This document shows, piece after piece, positions 18,439 to 26,174 of a DNA stretch of 31,638 bases. Under the pieces are notes generated by a model. The model worked only from the letters and a program-made list of their open reading frames with translations. It made no database searches and was not told the origin of the DNA. Positions within the stretch are counted from its first letter, which is position 1. Each line of letters begins with the position of its first letter. The DNA comes from an uncultured Actinomycetes bacterium (lineage in GTDB: Bacteria; Actinomycetota; Acidimicrobiia; Acidimicrobiales; Ilumatobacteraceae). The position numbers and the translations under genes were made by a program. The stretch is taken from NCBI GenBank assembly GCA_903858075.1, contig CAIOHI010000220.1:1-31638 (forward strand). Direction: 5' to 3'.

Positions 18439-19043
18439 TGGTTATTGCGAAAGGCGAAGAGTGGGGTCAGCGGGTTCACAAGCAAGGCGTTGTTTGTATA
18501 CAAAGCGATCACGACGTTTTCTCACATCTAGCGTTCCCCACCAAAGGCGATATCGCTCAAACCATCGGCAGCGGACAGCGGAAGCGCTCCGCAAGCAAGC
18601 AATTTGACACTCAGGTGGAGTGGCGCCAACTTCCTTTTGACGTTATTGAGGTCGTTATAGATGGAGCAACACTTCAAGCTGCCGCGCATTTACGTGCTGG
18701 GCACTTACTTTGGGGCGAATGTCATCTTTTGTGCAACGTTGCTTTCTACAAAGGAAAAAGAGTTTTCGCCAAGTCACATCCAAATGATGCAAAAGTTGAA
18801 TTGTTGACCATGGCGCGCGAAATGGGAGTTCGTCAGCGATTCATGGCTTTCATGAAAGTGTCGCAGGGGAGTCATCTCCCTCACCCGCAAATGAAAAGCC
18901 GTCAAGTGACGACCGAATATTTCCATTTCGATAAATCTCTGCCCATCTTTGTTGATGGGAAGAAGATTGGCCGTGCGACTGAGTTGAAAATATCGGTCAT
19001 CGCAGATGCTATTAATATCTATATACCCAGCGATCAAGAGTAA
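18438..19043 (+). CDS. Short DAG-kinase/YegS-like protein with degenerate nucleotide-binding motifs
   Basis: TAATG coupling to helY. C-terminal HPNDAKVELL and IFVDGKKIG...ISVIADAINIYIP resemble the YegS C-domain; no GGDGT motif. Confidence 0.6.
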   Translation: MVIAKGEEWGQRVHKQGVVCIQSDHDVFSHLAFPTKGDIAQTIGSGQRKRSASKQFDTQVEWRQLPFDVIEVVIDGATLQAAAHLRAGHLLWGECHLLCNVAFYKGKRVFAKSHPNDAKVELLTMAREMGVRQRFMAFMKVSQGSHLPHPQMKSRQVTTEYFHFDKSLPIFVDGKKIGRATELKISVIADAINIYIPSDQE

Positions 19044-19062
19044 ATCTGTCGAGGAGAAGCAA

Positions 19063-20280
19063 ATGAACATTTCAGACATCACAGAGTTGAAGAGTGAAAT
19101 AATGCTTCGCGTAGATCAGTTAGCAGAGCAACTTTTAGATATCAGCCACGATATTCATTCTCACCCCGAGACGAATTACGAAGAAGCCCATGCCCACCAC
19201 CTACTCACAGATGCTCTCAGCACGCAATTCACAAATGTGCAACGAGGCGCCTACGGTTTAGAAACAGCGTTCGCCGCACGCGAGAGTGGTTCACTATTGC
19301 CAGGGTCTCGTCGTGTTGCGATCTTGTGCGAATACGATGCATTGCCAGAAATTGGTCATGCATGTGGACACAATGTCATAGCGGCATCAGGTCTCGGCGC
19401 CGCTCTCGCTTTGCAACCTTTCATGAGCAACCTCCCTGGTGAGCTTCATGTCTTTGGTACTCCTGCCGAGGAGGGCGGAGGAGGAAAAATCGCGATGGCG
19501 CGTCAAGGGGCTTTCGATGGCATCGACGCCGCAATGATGGTTCATCCAGCAGATTTTGATCTCACGAGTATTAAAGCAATCGCCATCCAAGAATGCTGCG
19601 CCTCGTTTCATGGCAACGCTGCACACGCCGCTGCCGCCCCCCATCTAGGCAAGAACGCTCTCGATGCCGCAGTGCTGGCTTACAGCTCAATTGGCGCATT
19701 ACGACAGCACATCAAGCCATCTGAACGGATTCATGGAATATTCACCCATGGCGGTGACAAGCCAAATATTGTTCCCCATTTCGCTTCTCAACAATGGTAT
19801 GTCCGATCCGATTCACTCGACACGCTGCAACCCCTGAAAGAGCGGGTAGAGGCCTGCTTTCATGGCGCGGCAATCAGTGCAGGCTGCACTGTTGAAGTGG
19901 AATGGGAAAACCACGCCTACGCCGATATGCGCGATTCAGAGTCACTTCTGAACTTGTATTTACACAACGCACAGCTCGTCGGGCGCTCGCCGCAACGCCC
20001 AACAAGCGACTCAGTGGTTGTTGGTTCGACCGACATGGGAAATGTGAGCTATCTCGCTCCGTCCATTCACCCGATGATCCAAGTTGCCCCTCACGGCGTG
20101 CCAATACATACCCCTCGCTTTGCCGAATACGCCAGAGCCGAGGAAGGCGACAGGGCGGTCATCGACGGAGCCAAAATTTTGGCGCTCACGGCTCTTGACG
20201 CACTCCTAGACGATGCTGCAGGCGCCGAAACAGCGTCAGAGTTTGCCCGAATCGGCCCGAGGCCGGTCGGACTTATTTAG
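19063..20280 (+). CDS. M20 family amidohydrolase (PM20D2/Acy1L2-like)
   Basis: HSHPE, CEYDALPEIGHACGHN, GTPAEEGGGGK, GSTDMGNVS; GAGGAG RBS before ATG 19063. Confidence 0.92.
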   Translation: MNISDITELKSEIMLRVDQLAEQLLDISHDIHSHPETNYEEAHAHHLLTDALSTQFTNVQRGAYGLETAFAARESGSLLPGSRRVAILCEYDALPEIGHACGHNVIAASGLGAALALQPFMSNLPGELHVFGTPAEEGGGGKIAMARQGAFDGIDAAMMVHPADFDLTSIKAIAIQECCASFHGNAAHAAAAPHLGKNALDAAVLAYSSIGALRQHIKPSERIHGIFTHGGDKPNIVPHFASQQWYVRSDSLDTLQPLKERVEACFHGAAISAGCTVEVEWENHAYADMRDSESLLNLYLHNAQLVGRSPQRPTSDSVVVGSTDMGNVSYLAPSIHPMIQVAPHGVPIHTPRFAEYARAEEGDRAVIDGAKILALTALDALLDDAAGAETASEFARIGPRPVGLI

Positions 20281-20313
20281 CAGATGATCCCTCAACCTGA
20301 CGCCCGCGACTTC

Positions 20314-20319
20314 TAACAT
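20314..20319 (+). promoter_or_regulatory. -10 hexamer TAACAT upstream of thyX
   Basis: Hexamer-N8-GTG (20328). Confidence 0.45.
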
Positions 20320-20327
20320 TGACCGTC

Positions 20328-21926
20328 GTGACGGTCTATGTACCCGAGGAGTTCACTCCCGCTGAATCTGACATCTTGAAACGGTATTTTACCAATCTCG
20401 ATTCCCCCGTATTTGCCCTCGTTAATCTCCCTGAGGTGGTGAAGGGTGCACTGTTTGCCCGTTACAGCCGTAGTGCAAAAAGTTTGCGCAGGCTCTTTCT
20501 CGATGAGTTCGTCAATGAACTCGAGGTACAAGGAGATGTTTCTCTCGATGCAACTATTGGCATTGAGCGGGCGGAAAGCCTTTATGAAAAAATCTTTGTG
20601 GAATATGGAGACGACTCCGTTGCCCAACTAGGTGGCGTGCACCTGGCATGTGAACAAGCGTCAAACCTGCTGACCAAAATTCTTGAATGGGGTCGCTTAA
20701 TGAGCTACCTCGAGCAAAGCACGCGCTATATCTCTTACGACAACCGTCTGGGCGGTAGGTACCGTTTCTATCGTGATCCAGAAGTGTTATCTGGTCGTTT
20801 CGGTACACGGTACGTAGGAGACATGGACCGCATGTTCGACTCGTATAGCGGTCTTGTTGAGACACTCACTACCCACGTACGCAAAGTTGTTCCACAAGGC
20901 CCTAAAGACTCTGACTTCATTTACAGGCAAGCCACTCGGGCGAAAGCACTCGACGCTGTGCGTGGATTACTGCCAGCCTCAGCTTTATCGAATGTAGGCA
21001 TCTACGGCAGCGGCCAGGCGTATGAAGCCCTATTGCTACGCATGCGGGCGAACCCGCTGCCAGAAGCTCGCCTCTACGCCGATCTCATGCTGACAGAACT
21101 GCGCAAAGTTGTTCCAAGTTTCCTGCGCAGAGTAGACCAGCCAGACCGTGGCGGACGTTGGTCTCAATACCTCTCAGACACATCAATAGATACGAAGCAA
21201 GTTGTTCACGACCTCTTCGCATCTGAAGAAACACAGCCAGAAGAGTCTGTTGTTTTGAGCGACTTCGACCCAGAAGGCGAAGACAAGCTTTTAGCGGCAA
21301 TTTGCTATAGCCATTTAGCGCTCAGCGAGTCACAAATTTACAGAAAAGTTCAAAGTATGAGCCACGATGAAAAAGTACGTCTCATACGCGCTTACGTGGG
21401 CGACAGAACAAATAGGCGCCATAGGCCAGGGCGCGCGTTTGAACGTACCGACTATCGATTTGATGTGCTCTCTGACTACGGCGCATTTCGCGATATGCAG
21501 CGCCACCGGATGCTCACCATTGAGTGGCAGCCTTTAACGCCGAATCACGGTTATGTTCGTCCAGACATTGTTGACGACGCATCTCAAACTTCAGCGTTCG
21601 ATGAAGTCATGGAACGTTCAGCAGATCTTTACGACGCACTTCTTCCTGAATATCCCACTCAGGCCGCTTATGCCGTATCAATGGCGTATCGCATTCGCTA
21701 TGTCATGCAGTTCAATGCCAGAGAAGCAATGCACATGCTGGAATTGCGCTCTAGCCCACAAGGCCACCCGGCATACCGCAAAGTGGCACTCGACATGCAT
21801 GCGCTCATTCGCGATCAGGCTGGCCATAAGGCAGTAGCAGAGGCGATGATCCACATGACAACAGATGTACCAGAATTGGAACGTCTTGAATCAGAACGGC
21901 GAGCAGAGGCTAAGCGCAACGGGTGA
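20328..21926 (+). CDS. thyX: Flavin-dependent thymidylate synthase, tandem two-domain form
   Basis: GALFARYSRS, YGDDSVAQL, WGRLMSYLEQSTRY in domain 1; RDMQRHRM, FNAREAMHMLELR, GHPAYR in domain 2. Start is GTG 20328 or TTG 20319. Confidence 0.88.
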   Translation: MTVYVPEEFTPAESDILKRYFTNLDSPVFALVNLPEVVKGALFARYSRSAKSLRRLFLDEFVNELEVQGDVSLDATIGIERAESLYEKIFVEYGDDSVAQLGGVHLACEQASNLLTKILEWGRLMSYLEQSTRYISYDNRLGGRYRFYRDPEVLSGRFGTRYVGDMDRMFDSYSGLVETLTTHVRKVVPQGPKDSDFIYRQATRAKALDAVRGLLPASALSNVGIYGSGQAYEALLLRMRANPLPEARLYADLMLTELRKVVPSFLRRVDQPDRGGRWSQYLSDTSIDTKQVVHDLFASEETQPEESVVLSDFDPEGEDKLLAAICYSHLALSESQIYRKVQSMSHDEKVRLIRAYVGDRTNRRHRPGRAFERTDYRFDVLSDYGAFRDMQRHRMLTIEWQPLTPNHGYVRPDIVDDASQTSAFDEVMERSADLYDALLPEYPTQAAYAVSMAYRIRYVMQFNAREAMHMLELRSSPQGHPAYRKVALDMHALIRDQAGHKAVAEAMIHMTTDVPELERLESERRAEAKRNG

Positions 21927-22014
21927 CCGCCATCACAAAAGGTTGAAAATCGGTGAAATCGCAAAATTTTCGTCAGATTTTCGCACGATTTGCACGGATG
22001 CACCGGCTAGCACC

Positions 22015-22020
22015 TATGGT
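22015..22020 (+). promoter_or_regulatory. -10 hexamer TATGGT of a leadered transcript for the acidic-protein operon
   Basis: TANNNT about 70 nt before ATG 22090; AAAGG RBS near the start. Confidence 0.4.
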
Positions 22021-22089
22021 ACGCGCTGAAGGTGAGCAGATTGTCTACAGTTCGCTCGCCCCCAAAGCAATAACGAAAGGTTTCGGTTT

Positions 22090-22620
22090 ATGGCAAGCAG
22101 CAAAAAGAAGCCAGCTAAACAAATAGATATCGATCCAGAAGATGAAGTAATTGAAATTGAAGAAGGCGACGATGTAGACGCCATCGCCCTTGTTGACGAC
22201 CTTGACCCCGATCTCGACCCTGAAGATCTTGCAGAAGAACTAGAAGACGACCCGCTGCTTGAAGATGAAGATTTTGTCGCCGCAGACGAAGATGAAACAG
22301 ACGACACAGAAGCGATGACGCCCGCCTCTCGTCGTGCTGCAGCCGGCGATGACGAAGATGACGATGATCTCACCACCCCAGACGACGTTGAAGAAGATCT
22401 CGATAAAATTCTGAAAGATCGCCTCGTTGCCGCCGACGATGTTCCCATTGAAGATGATGATGAAGAAGGCGAAGTCGACGAACGCAATACCGATGGCGAC
22501 CGACTGCAGCCACGTCAAGTTGGTGAAGAGATGTGCGCGCAATGTTTCCTTTTGGTGCGACGCAGTGCTCCAAACTGTCCAGTCGGCGATGATGCTTGCC
22601 CTATTTTTGCGGTGAAGTAA
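22090..22620 (+). CDS. Highly acidic protein with C-terminal Cys4 motif (DUF4193-like)
   Basis: 65 of 176 residues are D/E by hand count; DDVEEDLDKILKDR; EEMCAQCFLLV..PNCP...AC. Confidence 0.8.
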   Translation: MASSKKKPAKQIDIDPEDEVIEIEEGDDVDAIALVDDLDPDLDPEDLAEELEDDPLLEDEDFVAADEDETDDTEAMTPASRRAAAGDDEDDDDLTTPDDVEEDLDKILKDRLVAADDVPIEDDDEEGEVDERNTDGDRLQPRQVGEEMCAQCFLLVRRSAPNCPVGDDACPIFAVK

Positions 22621-22632
22621 GAGACTGCAGCC

Positions 22633-22974
22633 ATGAAACAACAGTCGTTGAAAGATCTGTCAACTCGCGTCGATCAGCATCTGAGAAATGCGCGGTTCAT
22701 AGGGAAACTTTCTGTTGATGTTGCACAAAAGAAAATTCAACAGTTCTGTGCGACTTCTCATGACTCTTCTTCAAAAGAGTCTGTTCTTCCTACCGAGGCT
22801 GTAGAGCCTTTTTCGGACCTGCCAATTGAAAATTACGATGATTTGACGGCTAAAGAAATCGTGGCGGCTCTTAAAGGCTTCTCAGCCACCCAATTGTTGG
22901 CCATCTTCAATTACGAAAATACTCATCGCCAACGCAGAACCATCTTGAAAGCGGCTAGTCCAAGCAATGAGTAG
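22633..22974 (+). CDS. Conserved actinobacterial protein with LPIxxYDxL..I...L..I..YE..HR.R.TIL helical C-domain
   Basis: Recognisable C-terminal motif; operonic spacing of 12 nt upstream and 8-nt overlap downstream. Confidence 0.75.
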   Translation: MKQQSLKDLSTRVDQHLRNARFIGKLSVDVAQKKIQQFCATSHDSSSKESVLPTEAVEPFSDLPIENYDDLTAKEIVAALKGFSATQLLAIFNYENTHRQRRTILKAASPSNE

Positions 22975-23425
22975 GGAAGTAGCGCTAGCTACTCACCACG
23001 TGGGGCCACTTTGCTTCAACGTTTTTGAAGTTCCACAATCGGATGCCAATTTACAAGCTATAAAAAGTTCGACCGAAGTTGCTCTGGGCACTCAGCGAGG
23101 TGCATCAGCATGGACGTTTCTTACAACACTGCTCCGTGAAACATCTGGAAGCAAACAATTTTCATTGATGTGCGAAATTGACAATATTGCTGTTGGATAC
23201 TTAACCGGCACCGTTATTGGTAAGCGCTGCATCGTTACAGCTCTATACGTTGAAGAGAAGTGCCGGTCTCTAGGAATAGGTGCGCGTCTTTTGACCTGCG
23301 CGCAGCAGTTCGATGCCAACACTAACGAGACTCTCGTCTGTGTTTTGCCTGGGCAAAGAGATTTGAAAAACTTATGTGAGCAAGCAGGACTTCCTGCTCA
23401 ACTCATATTTGCCGGAACGCCTTAA
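22967..23425 (+). CDS. GNAT family N-acetyltransferase
   Basis: VTALYVEEKCRSLGIGARLL (motif A, RxxGxG). Confidence 0.78.
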   Translation: MSREVALATHHVGPLCFNVFEVPQSDANLQAIKSSTEVALGTQRGASAWTFLTTLLRETSGSKQFSLMCEIDNIAVGYLTGTVIGKRCIVTALYVEEKCRSLGIGARLLTCAQQFDANTNETLVCVLPGQRDLKNLCEQAGLPAQLIFAGTP

Positions 23426-24207
23426 CGTGCTTTCCAGTTTGGAAGTCGCTTCTCAATAAACGCAGTCAGGCCTTCTTTGGTGTCTTCAGAAGCCATGATT
23501 GCGCCAAACTCTGCATTTGTCATAGTGATGAGGTTTTCATCAGTTTCAAATGCTGAGGCAAGCACAACCTTGCGGCTGGCCCACACAGCAAGGGGAGCAG
23601 CGGCGCAAATGCGCTCGGCAATCTCTAACGCTTTTGGCATCACTTGGTCTGGAGCCACAACGTGATTCACGAGACCAAGCTCGTAGGCCCTTTGTGCAGC
23701 GAGTGGTTCGCCAGTGAGAATGACTTCCAGTGCAGCACCGCGACCTATGGCTCGTGGCAGGCGAAAGAGTCCTCCTGCTCCTGCAATGAGATTGCGCTTT
23801 ACTTCAGCAAGTCCGAATGAAGACCTATTACTTGCCACCACAAGATCACAAGACAAGACAATTTCACAGCCGCCCGCGGTTGCCAAACCATCGACAGCAA
23901 CGATGATTGGTTTGCGACGCTCGCGATAAGCAATGCCTGCAAAACCGCCGCGCTTTGTGCTTAAGCCACCGGCGTTGCCAGAGTTGATTGCTTTGAGGTC
24001 TGCCCCCGCACAAAAAACAGGCTTCTCTTGGCCCGCAGTATTTGCGGTAACAATTCCGACCCAAATATCGTCGTCAGCCTCAATGGCGTCGATTGCTGCT
24101 TCAACGCCACTTGCAACGTCGCCATTGACGGCATTGCGGGCTTCTGGACGGTTCAGCGTGATGATGCCGATGCGGCCACGCTTTTCAAAAAGGACGATGT
24201 CTGACAT
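23422..24207 (-). CDS. Enoyl-CoA hydratase/crotonase family protein
   Basis: LNRPEARNAVN, FCAGADLK, GGCEIVLSCD and LAEVKR (both catalytic Glu), EGLTAFIEKR. Confidence 0.95.
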   Translation of the reverse strand: MSDIVLFEKRGRIGIITLNRPEARNAVNGDVASGVEAAIDAIEADDDIWVGIVTANTAGQEKPVFCAGADLKAINSGNAGGLSTKRGGFAGIAYRERRKPIIVAVDGLATAGGCEIVLSCDLVVASNRSSFGLAEVKRNLIAGAGGLFRLPRAIGRGAALEVILTGEPLAAQRAYELGLVNHVVAPDQVMPKALEIAERICAAAPLAVWASRKVVLASAFETDENLITMTNAEFGAIMASEDTKEGLTAFIEKRLPNWKAR

Positions 24208-24213
24208 AAAGAC

Positions 24214-24219
24214 ATCTTA
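24214..24219 (-). promoter_or_regulatory. -10 hexamer TAAGAT, probable leaderless promoter
   Basis: TANNNT-N6-ATG (24207). Confidence 0.65.
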
Positions 24220-24244
24220 GGACCCACAGTCAAGTGAGATGAAT

Positions 24245-25567
24245 TTATGCCTGGGTTGGCTCTACGGGAGCCTTCACTGGCTTTTTCTTCTCTACAGGCC
24301 GTGTAGGGCGCAATGGGCGCGGCATAGCGGTTCCTGGCGTCACGACGATGCTGAATAATGCAGCGATCTTTGGAATTGACGGAGCAAGACGAGTGATGGT
24401 GGTTGCCAATTCAGTGGTCACCGTATTTGGCGGGGCCGGCGCGATGAGTTGTGATCTCACTGGGCTAAATGCAGCAGCTTCGAGCACTGCAATCCAGCGA
24501 TCGCTTGGTGCATCGGCTTCAAGATTTTGTGAAGCGGCAGCGGCAAGGCGCGAACCGAGTTCTGAAGGGAACGGTGCCCCAGCCTTAGGGGGCTGCGAAG
24601 ATAACTTCAAGGCACGGACAATGCGACCAACTTTGAGTGCTGCGTCGATATCGGACAGCCATTCTTTTTGATCTTTTTCTTGACGTGCAACGAGTCCTTC
24701 GCGAAGCGTCTTTGCAATAGCGCGCGTCGTTTCATCACGCGCAATGGCTGGGTCGTCTCCAGAGGTGACAACCGAACGTAGATCGCGCAGATCGAGTGTG
24801 TCGAGATCGGCAATAGCAGCATCGGCACGATCGAGCCATTCAGCTACGCGCAATTTAGGTAGAAGGTTTTCTGCCATTTGGATGAGACCATCGGCAGGAA
24901 TGAGTTCTTTTCCTTCTTGCTTCAAAACTTTATTTTGGTCTGCAATTGCAGTACGCACTGCAGGAATTCCACCAGAGAGCACCCGTTCTGCAATAGCACT
25001 CTGTGCTTCTGGAAGATTTGCCAAAATTGTATTGCGATGTACACGACCAGGCTTCAAACGTTTTGCGCGTGGACGCTGCGGCAGGTCTGGTGGAGGAGTG
25101 AATGACGGACGACGACGAGTGTCTGCACCTTCTGGGCGTGGTTCGCGTTTTTTGCCTTCATCTTTTGCACCGTCTTCACGACGAAGGCGACGTGCACCTT
25201 TGTCTCCGGGTTTGCTATCGCCAGGCTTGTCGTTACGGCGACCGCCGCGCTTGTCGCCCGAAAAAGAACGCTCAGCACGTGGTGCTTTGGTTTCCATTAC
25301 TGCTTGGAACGGTTTGTCCGAAGGAAGGATTTCAATTCTTTCTAATTTCTCTACGCGTTGCTTACCAGCAACAACGCCCAAGATGGTGATGCCGTCGATA
25401 GCAAATTCGGCATCGGCCTTTACTACGTCTCCAACTTTGTGTGACGAAGACAGAATAGAACCGTCGAGCACGCCTTTAGGATTCTTCGCTCCAGCTGCTC
25501 GCCAGGTCCACGAACCGTCGGGGCTGCTACTAGTGAGTTCAATTTCGATCCTGCGAGACATAGGCAT
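24245..25567 (-). CDS. Hypothetical protein, 440 aa: beta-rich N-domain, R/K/G-rich linker, helical C-domain
   Basis: Long uninterrupted ORF filling the gap between genes; protein-like composition; alternative start at ATG 25561. Confidence 0.82.
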   Translation of the reverse strand: MPMSRRIEIELTSSSPDGSWTWRAAGAKNPKGVLDGSILSSSHKVGDVVKADAEFAIDGITILGVVAGKQRVEKLERIEILPSDKPFQAVMETKAPRAERSFSGDKRGGRRNDKPGDSKPGDKGARRLRREDGAKDEGKKREPRPEGADTRRRPSFTPPPDLPQRPRAKRLKPGRVHRNTILANLPEAQSAIAERVLSGGIPAVRTAIADQNKVLKQEGKELIPADGLIQMAENLLPKLRVAEWLDRADAAIADLDTLDLRDLRSVVTSGDDPAIARDETTRAIAKTLREGLVARQEKDQKEWLSDIDAALKVGRIVRALKLSSQPPKAGAPFPSELGSRLAAAASQNLEADAPSDRWIAVLEAAAFSPVRSQLIAPAPPNTVTTELATTITRLAPSIPKIAALFSIVVTPGTAMPRPLRPTRPVEKKKPVKAPVEPTQA

Positions 25568-25640
25568 GGAACGCTAACGGCAAAAACAGGATATTTCTCT
25601 GTTCGCACGACATTGTCAGTGGTGTGTCTTGCACCATTAG

Positions 25641-25646
25641 TAACAT
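25641..25646 (+). promoter_or_regulatory. -10 hexamer TAACAT, probable leaderless promoter
   Basis: TANNNT-N6-GTG (25653). Confidence 0.65.
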
Positions 25647-25652
25647 GTCGAT

Positions 25653-26174
25653 GTGCCTATTTACGCTCTTGGAACCCAGGTTCCCACTATTGACCCCACT
25701 GCCTATGTTCATCCCGATGCAGTAATTATTGGGAGTGTCACTATTGGTGCCGAATCCACCATCTGGGCCGGAGCAGTTCTTCGCGGAGACGATGGCAAAA
25801 TTGTCATTGGTGCCCGTACAAGCATTCAAGACGGAACGGTCATACACACCACTCCCATGTACCCAACAACGGTCGGTGACGACTGCGTCATTGGCCATAT
25901 TGTTCACTTAGAGGGCTGCACAATTGAAAGCAACTCTCAAGTGTCATCGGGGGCCATTGTGTTGCACCAAGTGGTGGTGCATTCCGGGGCAATCGTTGCT
26001 GCCAACGCTGTTGTGCTGAATGGTACCGATGTACCAAGTGGCGCGCTTGCAGTTGGAGCTCCAGCAACCATAAAACTCGATCGAGCCCGATCTGGAGACA
26101 TTGCAATGGGCGTTGCAGCGTACGTTGCCAAGGGTCACCGCTTCCGCAAAGAACTACGCCGCATCGATGGCTGA
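25653..26174 (+). CDS. Gamma-carbonic anhydrase family hexapeptide-repeat protein (YrdA/PaaY-like)
   Basis: AVLRGD, SIQDGTVIHT, IGHIVHLEGC with three His ligands; left-handed beta-helix repeats. Confidence 0.92.
   Translation: MPIYALGTQVPTIDPTAYVHPDAVIIGSVTIGAESTIWAGAVLRGDDGKIVIGARTSIQDGTVIHTTPMYPTTVGDDCVIGHIVHLEGCTIESNSQVSSGAIVLHQVVVHSGAIVAANAVVLNGTDVPSGALAVGAPATIKLDRARSGDIAMGVAAYVAKGHRFRKELRRIDG

Noticed and set aside
22375-22425. DDVEEDLDKILKDR segment resembling the Pup helix, suggesting a second Pup-like tag
   Set aside because: No C-terminal GG[E/Q]; the likeness is explained by acidic helix composition
22014-22641. Ser-rich 157-aa and Phe/Ile-rich 133-aa minus-strand ORFs
   Set aside because: Reverse-complement artefacts of the GAA/GAT/GAC-rich acidic gene
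24744-25577. 277-aa plus-strand Arg/Ser-rich ORF
   Set aside because: Antisense to the 440-aa gene with the composition typical of a shadow frame
25613-25646. Possible PafBC-type promoter (TTGTCAGTG at 25613; TGTCTT-N10-TAACAT)
   Set aside because: The exact-looking 9-mer has the wrong spacing to the -10, the correctly spaced hexamer matches only 4 of 6, and no pafBC is visible
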